From positions 68,634,001 through 68,698,000 of the forward strand of contig NC_043005.1 in NCBI RefSeq assembly GCF_006345805.1: a stretch of 64,000 nucleotides of DNA, read 5' to 3'. Below the pieces are notes generated by a model. It saw nothing but the letters and a program-made list of their open reading frames with translations, searched no databases and was not told the DNA's origin. Position 1 is the stretch's first letter. Every line of letters begins with the position of its first letter. A program made the position numbers and the translations under genes. Shown here piece after piece: positions 26,390 to 40,774 of this stretch. This DNA comes from Octopus sinensis. Taxonomy: Eukaryota.

Positions 26390-26771
26390 TGCAGGAGTGA
26401 CTGTGTGGTAAGTAGCTTGCTAACCAACCACATGGTTCCGGGTTCAGTCCCACTGCGTGGCATCTTGGGCAAGTGTCTTCTGCTATAGCCCCGGGCCGAC
26501 CAATGCCTTTTGAGTGGATTTGGTAGACGGAAACTGAAAGAATCTCGTCGTATATATGTATATATATGTGTGTGTGTATGTGTTTGTCCCCCTAGCATTG
26601 CTTGTCAACCGATGCTGGTGTGTTTACGTCCCCGTCATTGAGTGGTTCGGCAAAAGAGACCGATAGAATAAGTACTGGGCTTACAAAGAATAAGTCCCGG
26701 GGTCGGTTTGCTCGACTAAAGGCGGTGCAGCAGCATGGCCGCCGTCAAATAACTGAAACAAGTAAAAGAGT

Positions 26772-26775
<4 letters not shown>
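26390..26775 (+). mobile_element. Full-length SINE family A
   Basis: Head gcaggagtgactgtgtggtaag...gggttcagtccc and tail gactgaaacaagtaaaagagta-like. Confidence 0.92.
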
Positions 26776-26806
<31 letters not shown>

Positions 26807-27844
26807 ATATATATATAATATATATATACTTTATTTTAAGCAGCAGAAAATTCATATATTTGTATTTTGATTTTTGATTTTGATTTTGACTCTTGAGCGC
26901 TACGACGGATTTATAGCAAAGTCTTATGTTCCTACATATATATTAGAAAACCTACAAACTTTGTTTTCATGTTATTGTATTGCATAGAATTACCTTGATT
27001 ATTTATATTACCTTGATTATTTCTAAATGACCCAAATAGGATGTTATATTTTATTTTATATGTCTTTCGTATATATTTTTATTAATGCACCCATTTTTAA
27101 AAGCAATGTTTTTTAAAAAAAAGCAATGTTGTCAAAATTAGAATGTTTATATAGTATGTGTATATCAAAGCATATGTATTTGTAAGCATGCGTATCTGTG
27201 TATGTGTAGTGAAAGTATGCTGTGCTTAAGCACACATATACACGACGGTATGTAATGTATCAATTCAAACTTGGTATGTATACTGGTCTCTATAGATGCC
27301 AATAACATCGTTACAATTTTTTCCCCACCCTCCTTCGTTCCTTTTTCTCTCTTTCCCTTTCTTTCGTTCCCCTCCTTGCTCAGTATATGAGAATTGCTAC
27401 ATAGATGAATTTTAGCTTGCGTGCGAGACGGTTTGCGTGAATATATGTACACATGCTTTTATGTGTATATTTAGATTCATATTCATACGTCTGTATATGT
27501 ATGTATGGCGTTTACGCGCATCCTTTTGTGTATGTTGGTATATATGTAGATTTTATATAAATATGTATTGCAGTATTTATAACAGGTTTAATTTCTATGC
27601 ATTAATTTGTACTGTCTTCATTAACGGCAATAGGTTTTTTCCTCGGTTTTTTCCTCGGTTTTATTAATTTTATAAGTTTTTTTTATATATATATACATAT
27701 ATTTTTGACTTTTTTGTTTATCGCTCGAAGAATGACCGTTTTTTCTAAAGGCCAATCAAACAAGTCCATTTCTTTTCTTTTAAAGGTGTAGCGTTTTGTA
27801 AGAGTATAGATTGAATTAAAATATAAGTTCCATTCTAGCAAAAA

Positions 27845-27887
27845 CTGTCTGATGAACGGCAACGAGAAACTCAGAGTAACAGATTTT
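27845..27887 (+). ncRNA. Minimal type-I hammerhead ribozyme motif within a PLE terminal-repeat relic (~27700-27960)
   Basis: Stem I CUGU/ACAG; CUGAUGA (27849-55); stem II aCG-GCAA-CGa; GAAA (27866-69); palindromic stem III ACUC-A-GAGU; GUA cleavage triplet ending at 27878. Confidence 0.7.
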
Positions 27888-28032
27888 GTTGAATTTTCTG
27901 CTGCTAAAATAAAGCATATTACTCTACCACTGGTATTTGAGTACTCTTTTTCCACCTTGTTTCACATTTATGTGTTTACTCGGTCTATATATATATATTA
28001 TATAATATATAATATATATATATATATGTGTA

Positions 28033-28442
28033 GTGCAGGATTGGCTGTGTGATAAGTAGCTTGCTTACCAACCACATGGTTCTGGGTTCATTTCCACTGC
28101 ATGGCACCTTGGGTGAATGTCTTCAGCTATAGCCTCAGGCCGACGAAAGACTTGTGAGTGGATTTCGCAGACGGAAACTCAAAGAAGCCCGTCGTATATA
28201 TGTTTATATATATGTATGTATGTGTATATGTTTGTGTGTCTGTTTTTGTTCTTCAACATCGCTTGACAACCGAAGGCGGTGTGTGTACGTCCGCGTAACC
28301 TAGCGGTTCGGCAAAAGAGAGTGATAGAATGAGTACTAGGCTGACAAAAAATAAGTCCTGGAGTCGATTTGCTCGACTAAAGGCGGCGCTGCAGCATTGC
28401 CACAGTCAAATGACTGAAACAATTAAAAGAGTAGAAGAGTAA
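28033..28442 (+). mobile_element. Full-length SINE family A
   Basis: Colinear with 26390-26775. Confidence 0.92.
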
Positions 28443-28450
28443 TATATATT

Positions 28451-28579
28451 ATTCGCTGCTGAATTACTTTGGTTATTCACACGTGGCTGAGACTAGTGTT
28501 CACACTAGTAGTATACAAGTTAAATCTAGTTCGCTCGTCTCAGCCACGTGTGAATAACCAAAGTAATTCAGCAGCGAAT
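28451..28579. repeat. Perfect 43-bp inverted repeat with a 43-nt spacer
   Basis: attcgctgctgaattactttggttattcacacgtggctgagac (28451-28493) is the exact reverse complement of 28537-28579. Confidence 0.95.
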
Positions 28580-29537
28580 TTGGTTTCCATAAATTCATAT
28601 TTATCGATTATAATCAAAGGTAAAATCTGTATAGGATTTTATCAAGTATCAAGCATGTGAAAATGCAGGTTAGGTAAAAATTAATACATATATATAATGG
28701 TAAAATAGTAATAAGGACAACTATCGAGTAATGCCACATGCTAGAAGAAGACGCCAAATGCCTCTCAGACTACTTTAGTTATCACATAGACATGAATAAA
28801 TGTTTATAATAATATACGTTGGATTATGTCATACTGATGACGATAAGTTGGTATTACATCACTAAAGCAGAAATTGATCTATGTCTTAACTCTTTAGAAT
28901 AACACTTTTGTTCCTTCCCTCGCTTTCAGCACCTGTCTGTGATAGATTTTCTTCTAGCATATCGCATTACTCGGTAGTTTCCCTCCTCATAATTTTATAA
29001 TCATATATATATATATAAATTTAAATAATTTGTAGTAATTTTAAACTAAATTGGTTTTTACATGCAAGCTACTTCATAAAAACGTATAGATTTTCTTTCT
29101 TTATAATTGATATATATATAGTTATATATATGTGTGCGTGCGCGCGCATGCTCACACGCGTATAATTACATAATCTGCAGAAAAATCCTCAATTGTAGAA
29201 AATACATGCATCATACAAAAGTAGAGTGTATGTATTCGTTCAAGCAATTTGCAAATTGTCAAGGCTTGTCTGGAGGAATTGAGAATTGACTTCTCAGAAC
29301 ACATTGTATTGTCTGTAAATGATGGATTTTCTGTTCTAACTTTTCTCGCACACCTCCAATATACAGAAGCAAATCCACGCACACATTTATACACGAAGCC
29401 CCCCCCCCACACGCACATATACACGCACACACCCAAACATACGCACATGCACACACCTAACAATTATCAGAAAAGCTGCGGCAAATTTTCAAATATACAA
29501 CGCAATCAATCTCTAAATGAAGGTACATGATATACTA

Positions 29538-29773
29538 TTTTACTCTTTACTCTTTTACTCTTTTACTTGTTTCAGTCATTTGACTGCGGCCATGCTGGAG
29601 CACCGCCTTTAGTCGAGCAAATCGACCCCGGGACTTATTTTTTGTAAGCCCAGTACTTATTCTATCGGTCTCTTTTGCAAAACCGCTAAGTGACGGGGAC
29701 GTAAACACACCAGCATCGGTTGTCAAGCAATGCTAGGGGGACAAACACAGACACACAAACATATACACACACA

Positions 29774-29819
<46 letters not shown>

Positions 29820-29949
29820 TACGAGAGGCTTCTTTCAGTTTCCGTCTACCAAATCCACTCACAAGGCATTGGTCGGCCCGGCAGTGGGACTGAACCCGGA
29901 ACCATGTGGTTGGTTAGCAAGCTACTTACCTCACAGCCACTCCTGCGCC
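29538..29949 (-). mobile_element. SINE family A, inverted relative to the 26390 and 28033 copies
   Basis: Reverse complement closely matches 26390-26775; tandem (GAGTAAAA)n tail. Confidence 0.92.
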
Positions 29950-30339
29950 TATTATGTGTATCTTTCTATGAAGATGTTGTCCGGTAGTATAGATTTGTCA
30001 TTAGCATTAACATTTAGAAGCGACGTAGACTATAAGACGAAAAATAACAAGCACAAAACATTCACGATCACACTCCTTTAATGATTCCTTCCCTTTACTC
30101 CCCCATGTCTTGGTCGTTCTATCTTCTGTGAGTACATGAAATCTCATTTGCAATCACGTCTAGCAGGGTAGATGAGTAGCTACAAATACTCAAGCAACGA
30201 CTGGATAATTGTGATTATATTCACATGGAAAAGCTTATGTCTATTAACAGAGCATCAATGAGGTCTTGCCCACTCAGAACATTTTCTTACTAACATATAT
30301 AAACATGCATTAATACATGAATACATATGTGTATGCGTA

Positions 30340-30416
<77 letters not shown>

Positions 30417-30423
30417 TATTGAA

Positions 30424-30589
30424 TCCAAACATGAAAACACAAAGAGAAAACACAGCAACGCGAGGACGTGGAACAAGTATAGTGTTATTAGACGCTCAGG
30501 AAAACAAGGAAAGGAAGGAAAGAAGGAGGATTTAACGTTTCGTCAGAAAAAAAGGAAAGGGAAAGATCCAAGGAAGGGAGACGGGGGGA

Positions 30590-30592
<3 letters not shown>
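30424..30592 (-). repeat. Dispersed repeat (paralogue of 17470-17640) with a collapsed hammerhead-like core
   Basis: Minus strand 30533-30546 reads CTGACGAAACGTTA. Confidence 0.75.
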
Positions 30593-30646
<54 letters not shown>

Positions 30647-30753
30647 ATTTGTGTGTGTGTGTGCATGTGAGTGTGTGTATTCAGAAAGAGTGTGAAATAT
30701 GACTGCCTAGAAAAATTTCTGATCATACAGACAAGGGAAAATAACCACCATCC

Positions 30754-30851
<98 letters not shown>

Positions 30852-30852
30852 A

Positions 30853-30904
<52 letters not shown>

Positions 30905-30905
30905 G

Positions 30906-30936
<31 letters not shown>

Positions 30937-30993
30937 GTCCGTCTGTCTGTCTGTCTATCCATCTATTTATCTATCTGTATCTTCTCTCTCTTA

Positions 30994-31042
<49 letters not shown>

Positions 31043-31452
31043 GGGAGAGAGAGAGAGAGAGAGAGAGAAAGTGGGAGAGTGAGAGGAATCGATACATTTC
31101 TAAATAGAGAAACAGATATCCTTCAACTAGCTATGTGTTCAAAAACTTTCCAACTGTTTATCTATCTTTATTGTATACACTTGTTGGAGATATTTATGTC
31201 ATGCTGCATTTGTTATCTTTTATATTGATATGTATTGTGCCTGCTCCAGAATATTCGTATATTCAAGAAAAACATTGGATTGTTTTCAAATGACGATGTG
31301 AATGGACCTGTATAAATCAATAAAATATTCCTATTTCATAAAATCTAAAATGAGGAGAAGCATTTCTCCCTATATCTCAGATGCACACAATCATCTACAT
31401 TGAAGCTGCTACATATTACATATATATATACATATGTATAAATATATATATA

Positions 31453-31588
<136 letters not shown>

Positions 31589-32741
31589 TACATATACATA
31601 TATTTAGAGGGAGACAGAGAGTGAGGGAAGGAAAGGATTGCAATGCTGATATACACATTGATAGAAAGGAATTTATATAATTTTATTGGTAGATATTCTG
31701 ATAAACTGAACATGTTGATAAAAGAAGAAAAAATATCAATTGATTTTCAATATCGAATCTCTCTAATAACGATAGACTACTCGAACAATTTCTGGCAGTT
31801 TACGTAATGTCATTGTTTTCATTCTATGATAGTTGTGGTCTGCTGCTTGTGGTATCGTTTATGTCATGGAAAATCTTGTCGTTTTTCAATTGTATTTTTA
31901 TTGCACCTCTTGTGTTTTTTATTATTTTATTTTTATATTTAAAAAAAAATTATATTGAATTTTTTTGCCGGCACAAAGCAAAATGCTGATGGAGAAAGGA
32001 AATGTCGATGGTAAACATTGACCTGTTATAGAACTGTCGTATATTGATTCTTATGATTAGGGCGTGAGGTGGAGCGAAATCTACCCTGCAAACATTTCAA
32101 TTTAGAACCTGGGCAATAACTGGAATATTTTATGGAGTATTTTCATTATTTCCAATAATATCCAAGTACACACACACACACACGCATGCACACATATTTA
32201 TGTGTGTGTATGTACATACATAAAAGCATACAAACATATATATATATGTACATATATATATATGTACATATATCCAAACATATATATATGTGCATGCATA
32301 TATATGTGTGTGAGGTCGTCTGTGTGGTGATTACTCTCTCTGTTTTTCCACGTTGTCAATGGCATTTTTATAATTTTGTCTACGAGCTCTTATATGACTA
32401 TTCCGTTCAGCTGCAAATCTGCATAGTTTGAAGCATGACTGAGAGACGAAAACTGTAACTTCAGCTGATTGATCAGATCACTTTGTGAAGTATGATCAAG
32501 TCTTCTTATACACTACACACGTTGAAACATCTTATTTACAAGAAAGTACTTTGCGTATAGTTGATCTTTCATGGAATTTTAGATGGTTAATTTATGTAGC
32601 ACTGGAATAGAGTACAGGGCAATAGTTTCACCCTTCCGATTTTACAACTGCTGTTGTCAAACAGCACACACGCACACAAACGCAGTCCCAAACACATGCA
32701 TGTAAGCGCCAACACAAACACACACACACATGCACACGAAC

Positions 32742-32836
<95 letters not shown>

Positions 32837-34033
32837 TACATACATATATATGCGTGTGTGTGGTTGTAGAAAATATTCCATCAGTATTGCCCGAATGATG
32901 TTGCCATCACCTTTAAGATACACCTAAGACTTGGGACCTGTGCTATACGCTCACAACATAAATCACACTTGTATTTCATAAGAAAGATTTGGCATAATTA
33001 TTTCACCTCAATTGCCTCTACTCTCAGTAACATTACACTAAAACACACATTAAAGCAGAAACAGACCCCATAAAGTTCAACTTCAACAAATTCTTTCAAA
33101 GCATCACAGATAAAGCTCCTACACCCGGATATGACTCCGTAAGCACCAACCCTCTACTCGAGTGGGCCTGTCATCGGTCTCAGAAATCATTGCTCGACGT
33201 AGCAGAACGTACTTGCACAAATTACCGCATGCATAGTGGGCTTGAAAGAGACAGCATGTTGGGTTTCTTGGCATGTTTCTTGGCACACAGACTTATACAT
33301 ACATGCATACATATGTACGTGTGTCTTCTGGTTTTATATAGAATGTACCGTTTTAGGCAAGTGGATTTCCTCTTGTAATACTTAATATCATTTTACGAAG
33401 AAATTTCATGTCAATTTCTCCAACTGGAAATAATAATACCTACGCAAAGTTGATTTGTTAAGAGTAAGTCCATTTTCTCAATACAATTTCCATGCTTCCA
33501 TACCATAGTCCTTTCTACACAGGAAAGGAGTGCACTATAAAGATTAGAATAGCTGGGGTTAGCAAACTGTGTTTGCTAATTCTTTACTACAATTAAAAGA
33601 AGTGCTTAGAAATGAATAATTTATTGTTTTCTTTATGTAATTCATATCCTTCGGGAGAGTTTTCAAATGGCTCTCTGCGTCAATTACTTAAAGTTTAATT
33701 AAAACTGATTGCAAGATATGTGTTATTTATAATTTACATATTGATTTCAGTTGCTGAATTGCTCTGATGTGGGTTCACGCGATTATATCACCAGTACAAT
33801 TATTTCAGCATAATACTGTTTCGCTTCTTATTCAATTAAGTAATCTGTAAGTTATGCTTTGATCCCAAGGGGCATAACATAGCACAAAGGTTCACACAAA
33901 AACATAAATATCATAGATAGGAAAATAAAAACGCAATTTCTCCCGCCACTCAAGCATACGTGAACACTCACACATACTCCCAACTGTATATATATATGTG
34001 TGTGTGTGTGTGTGTTGTGTGTCTCTGTGTGTA

Positions 34034-34114
<81 letters not shown>

Positions 34115-34123
34115 TATATATAT

Positions 34124-34232
34124 GCGCAGGCGTGGCTGTGTGGTAAGTAGCTTGTTTCTCAACCACGTGGTTCAGGGTTCAGTCCCGCTACGTAGCACCT
34201 TGTGCTAGTGTCTTCTTCTATAGCTTCGGGCT
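34124..34232 (+). mobile_element. SINE family A, head only
   Basis: gcgcaggcgtggctgtgtggtaagtagc...gggttcagtccc...tatagcttcgggc. Confidence 0.88.
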
Positions 34233-34391
34233 ATTTCAGCAATAAAAGAATGGGGTACTGCACGCTTTACAGCCTATAACTAGAGAAATAGTATCTCTGT
34301 ATATTGTCATTAAACTATATATTGTCATTAAACGAAATGGTCTTATTTACATTCTTGTTCATTCCACAGGTTCGGGGAAAATATTCCTATT

Positions 34392-34682
34392 TTACATTAT
34401 TTACATTATTTACATTTGACGGATATTTGTCCCCATCTTGTTTGTTGTTAACACAGCGTTTCGGCTGATATACTCTCCAGCCTTCATCAGGTGTCTTGGG
34501 GAAATTTCGAACCTGGGTTCTCATCCCTTCAGTATTTCAATGTTGTTGTTGTTGTTGTTATTCAGGTCACTGCCTGGAATCGAGCTTCCCAAAACACCTG
34601 ATGAAGGCTGGACGTTGATGAGAACAAATATACGTCAATTGTAAATAATGTAAATAATTCCTCATCTCTTAAATATAGAACT
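34392..34682. mobile_element. Non-autonomous PLE terminal-repeat fold-back (same family as 59046-60362)
   Basis: A minus-orientation repeat (34392-34585) is followed by a plus-orientation partial copy (cacctgatgaaggctgga...gtaaataatgtaaataattcctcatctcttaaatatagaac). Confidence 0.8.
34450..34495 (-). ncRNA. Minimal type-I hammerhead ribozyme motif (variant)
   Basis: GACAC-CUGAUGA-a-GGCUG(gagaguauau)CAGCC-GAAA-CGCU-GUGUU. Stem I is GACAC/GUGUU. Position 16.1 is C here, while the 60290 paralogue suggests U. Confidence 0.6.
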
Positions 34683-34976
34683 ATATTCGTATTGAACCGC
34701 GAAGTGCTACGACGATATGCTGAATGGTAATTCAAGATACACAGAACTTGCAGTAACAAGCTCACTATAAGAGAACTCAAATTTATTTAACTTTTTCTGG
34801 TGTCTTTAAGGCTTGTCTCTTATATATATATTGATGCGGTTAGCGAAAATGAAGCCTTTGAAATTGAAATGGCAATTCGTTGGTTTTTAATGTTGCTCTC
34901 AGAATTAAACAACTGCCACCGTCAAATTTTCATAATGTATTTGTTACATCCAGTACACGAGTCATTATATCTTTAG

Positions 34977-35273
34977 AGTGAGTTTTGGAGCTCTGCAAAA
35001 TTTGGTGGATTCAGGTTTACAAAGTTGTATAACTTTTTGCTTGGAGCTTATGATTCAAATTGTACAAGCTAACTGGACGCGATTCAGGAATTGGAAGGGC
35101 TCTCACGTAAAATATCAACGATGTTTACGAATCTGGATCTGTTCGATTGTAGCGCCATCTACGATCACATTTCTGACCATATTATCTGTTAGGAAAGTTA
35201 CTCAACTTCTGTGTAGTTTCAATAATATACCGGAAGAGAAAAAAGTTGAGTGTAATCACGGTAGTCCTTCTCC
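34977..35273 (+). other. Candidate exon (297 nt open frame)
   Basis: ctttag| acceptor and cc|GTAAGT donor; VSFGALQNLVDSG...IWICSIVAPSTITFLTILSVRK...NHGSPS; no recognised family. Confidence 0.3.
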
Positions 35274-37187
35274 GTAAGTCCGATTTTTATTTTGAGAGGA
35301 GTTGTTCGTTCTCTTCAGCAGTTAAGAAGCCGCGCACATTGATGGTAAGTAACAGTCGTTGGACGTCAACCCAAATAAAAAAGGTTTTCAGGTATTCATC
35401 TGGTCGAAATCAGTCACTCGAGCTTTTAGAAATAGATTTTGCCTGGATTCACCGAATAATACTGTTTCAATAAATAAATAAAATGTAGAATATAATTGTT
35501 ATAATGTAGTCTACAATAAATAATCTCTGAATAAATGAATTTGATCATGAGCGTACTGCACCGAAGGGCCCCTTTTGTTTAAAAAATCATGTGTTAATTA
35601 CATCGATTGTCTCGAGTACATGATTGCTTGAGTGTCAGTAGTTTTACCCATGAAAAGTTGTTTGATCTCTGTTGTAAAGAGATCAGAGAAGAACCAACAA
35701 ACATAGTAACTTCCTACTTTACCGCTAGCAGAATGTAAAACAAAATGAAAACGCTTTTTGAACTCGTCTTGTTGAAAACATTTAGCCAGCCAATGCGATG
35801 TTTTAATTACATCAATTGTATCAGCTATGTTGCACAACATAATGTAAAGAGGTGAGAGGAAAGCTTGTTATTTGCTTTTCTTAGTATCGTTTCTATGGAA
35901 TCCATAAAATTCAAATATGCATTAGTGCAACATACAATATTGCTTTAATGAATATACTATATATTGATATAAGAACCTTACACCATTGCTGCATATTATG
36001 ATATCTCTAGCGTATTTGAAGGAAGCAGCTAAAACATTTTAAGTAATTCGTAAACAAGTGACACTAACATGTTTGACTTAGCATATTGTATATATTACCA
36101 ATTGCATTGATATTCGACAGAAATTATTGTGTGCTGGTTTATAGTACTTTTGCCTTCAAAAATTGCTATGGTGAATGACAAACCTATAAATTGTTTGAAT
36201 CGTCACAAGACTTTCTGTAGCCACTAGGAATCTCGACTTCCAGTCAACGTATGAACATAACAAGGGTGCATCTATGATTATTACGACGTGCAAACCACTG
36301 ACGTACAATCAGAGGTTTTCGAAATTTTAGCTTTCCAGATATGGAAATCTGTCATGCATATGTGCCACTGAGTAATACATAGATATTACGTTCACATCTT
36401 TCGGCATAACTCATGAATTTTACATGTGAGTACGTTTTAAGAAATAGATAAAATCCCCGATGACAACTCCAATGTGTCTGCTGATTGGAGACTGCTAGGA
36501 GACTGAGAATATTAAAGGCACAATAATAAGAGACTTAGGATAAATTTCGACAAGAAATTACTTGATGTAGAGACATAGCAAGACAATATACATGGTAAAC
36601 AAAACGATGCAATTCAATAATGACTATAGAAAACCATTAAAGACACGAGATTGGATTAAAAGCACTATGGTGTCGAAGGTTTTTGTTTCCTGCCGCTAAC
36701 GAGAGAGCCTAATGTGCCGATTTTTTAAGTTTGGGACCCTTCAGGACGGTATGCTCTAATATTTTTGCTATAGATCATTCACAAAAATTGTACTATTTAC
36801 AGTAGTAACCTCGATGTTGTTCGCTTGATCTGTGATAAAACTGTTATAAAGTATCCACTGAATATTTTGTCATACAGTTTATAGACACAATTTCTTCACA
36901 GGTAGAAGTGGGAAAATCACCCAATCAGTAGACATTAAACTAAACCCAGCATTGAAATGACATTAAGCAATATAATATCACCACTTGTGGCTCATATGAG
37001 ATATCAGAAACGGTGCTCGACAAGCATAGTAGCTAGAGGTAAATGTCTCATATCCATGGAATAGCTGGTGACATTAACCGACTGCGTTATCTCTAGAGAT
37101 TGTCTTACCGACAAAACAAAATCCATCCATAGGTAGTTTTGGGGAGATAGTCTCAGGTGACAATTTCTGTGAGAGCTATATCCTTAG

Positions 37188-37348
<161 letters not shown>

Positions 37349-37399
37349 CGTCCGTCCGTCCGTCCGTCTGTCTGTCTGTCTTTCTAACTATCTACTTAT

Positions 37400-37735
37400 A
37401 TATATATACATACATACATATATATGTATGTGTGTATGTATATGTATATATGTGTATAAATATATACATATATATGTATATATATATATATCAATATATA
37501 ACTATGTGTGTCTGTGTGTGTATCTTTGTGTATGCCTGTATTTGTGTATGTGGATTCGCTCACCGCCAATTGGAAATGGGTGCTATCTTTCACGCCTCCG
37601 TGACACAGCGGTTCGGGAAGAGAAAACAATAAAAGAAATACCAAGCTTAATAAATAAATAAGTGCTGTGGTAGTTTTGCTCGACTAAACTCTTCAAGGAA
37701 CTAAAAAATGCAAAAAGTAAGATCACTTTCTCTCT

Positions 37736-37769
<34 letters not shown>

Positions 37770-38130
37770 ACTTTCACTTATTTCAGTCATTTGTTTACAG
37801 CTTTAGCAGAACAAGTCGACCCAATGACACATTTATGAAGCATAGCAGCTATTCTGTCGGGTCACATTTGTCTCTGGGTTACTGGGACGTAGACTCAACA
37901 CCAGTTCTTAGGTGGTGGTGGTGGGGAATAAACACAGACTCAACGACCCCCCCCACACACACACACTTCACATATATATACAACAAGATTCTTTCAGTTT
38001 CCGTGAAAAAAATCCACTCACAAGTCTCTGTTCGGCCAGTGGCTATGGCAGAGAACAACTGACGAAGGTGCGGCGCAGTGGGACCATATGGTTCCAGGTA
38101 CAGTCCCACTATGTCGCACATTCGTCAAAT
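37400..38130. mobile_element. Two degenerate SINE family A copies in tail-to-tail orientation around a (CT)n tract
   Basis: Plus 3' half at ~37400-37700 (cagcggttcgg...ttgctcgactaaa); minus copy at ~37775-38130 (tttcagtcattt...ctttcagtttccg...cagtgggaccatatggttcc). Confidence 0.65.
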
Positions 38131-38219
38131 GTTCTCTGCTATAGACTTGTGAGTGGATTTTTTTCACAGAAACTGAAAGAATCATGTCGTATATGTGTGT
38201 GTGTGTGCTGAACTATCTT

Positions 38220-38550
<331 letters not shown>

Positions 38551-38669
38551 ATATCTTGGCTACCGAATAATTGTCACATAATATTTTACAGATAAATTTT
38601 CTCTATTTACTTTATATTGAGGACCCTTTCTTTTGTTATCCCACCGTTTTTACCAATATATATATACAC

Positions 38670-38729
<60 letters not shown>

Positions 38730-39121
38730 CGTAAAACATTTTGTCCACTGATTTTCACATTAAAATTCTACCAAAACCAAAATATGAAAGGAAATAATCT
38801 GCTTACTCTAAATATGATGCCATGATAAACGATTGAGACAGGTAAAAGCAGTATGAATTAAATTAGTTATTGTGTGTTGTTTCATATAAAAATATTCTAA
38901 GGTGAGACACATGATATTACCGACCTGATAAATTCACCATTTCCCTTTGTAAAATCATATTTTTCCTACTTAAGTGAAAATAATATGGCATACATATATG
39001 TACGCATCTCTCAATTGGTGTATCTTTTCTAAGTTATTCATATTAATAGTCAGAATTACTTGTATATTTGTCTCTGCATAAATGTCCCTGCATCTATTTC
39101 TGTCTGTCTATCTATCTATCA

Positions 39122-39213
<92 letters not shown>

Positions 39214-39356
39214 GTCTATCTATATATCTATCTATCTATCTTTCTTTTTTTGTTCCTTTTTTCTTTTTCCATCTTCGAAAAAAAAGCTCTACATTTGTAT
39301 TTGTCCCCTCTGTATTTAGCCCTGTGTGGCCAATAAAGAAAGTTATCTATCTATCC

Positions 39357-39419
<63 letters not shown>

Positions 39420-39432
39420 CATCCATCCATCT

Positions 39433-39499
<67 letters not shown>

Positions 39500-39940
39500 G
39501 TCCGTCCGTCCGTCCGTCCGTCCGTCCGTCCGTCTGTCTGTCTGTCTGTCTGCCGTTGTAGATATGCGTGTATGAATATGTATGTGTGTGCATATACCTG
39601 TGCGAGTGTGTTTCGTGGAATGTGCGCGTACATGAATTATAGGAATTAGTCATGCATGAAACGCGATCGTATACATGCATGAATAGATACATACATACAC
39701 ATACATACATGCATACATACATACACACATACACCTATATACTGCATACAAAAATGTTTCAATGCATCTTTATAAATCAATCGAATACATACACTGAGAC
39801 TGATACATTTACATAAGCACATACACACACACACACAAAGATGCACGTGGGTTTCACTTTTTTCTGTTTATTTTTAGAATTACATTTCTAATAAAGTAGT
39901 AATATTGCAATATAGTTTCAACTCAATATATTGTCTTTCG

Positions 39941-40007
<67 letters not shown>

Positions 40008-40774
40008 ACCACACACACATACACACACACACATACACACACACATACACGTACACATACATGGACTGACAAATACACAGAGAGGGATACTCACGCATGT
40101 GTACACATTCACTCAAACGTGAGCATACACACACATAGAGACACACATACACACACTTGCACAAAAATCTATATTTTCCAACTATATTTTATTTCTATAA
40201 TTTCGATTTTGGAAATATCCAAGTAAAATCCTATCTTCTTTTATAAATGTTATTTTGCGGCCAGCTATTTGTATTCCAATATCGAGCCGGCATTCCGGTG
40301 TCACTTTTTTCACGAACATTTTCAAAACGAATATAAATCACCGAAAATACATCCCAAGACATGTTTATATATTACAACATTCGTGCTTTTATTTGGAAAT
40401 GATGAGGCTTTATATTATTCTTTAATATTTTGTTTTTATAGCTTAACGATATCTGGCAAATTATGCTCTTTCCAAATATTTTCATTTCATGATTTCCATA
40501 ATAACGTTTTATGTTGAAATTAATTCTGACTTCATTGTGAACGGAGTTAAAATTGAGGAATAATTTCCTTACGAAGCAGCATTGGTGGAAGTTGTAAACT
40601 TAAATATCCCATTTAGATTTCCAGTATTGTGTCTTCCCTGCGCCGTAAGGGTTACTATATTAACCTTGTAGGTTAGTCATTATTAGTCTGAAATTAAAAT
40701 GCTTCAATACCTGAATGTGCCCTATTATGTGTTCTATAGAGAAGAGATATATGATTTAATATTTTCCAAATGTA

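Noticed and set aside
35319-35344. Micro-exon ending ATG|GTAAGT
   Set aside because: It would leave only a 45-nt intron after the 35274 donor and is unsupported without RNA data.
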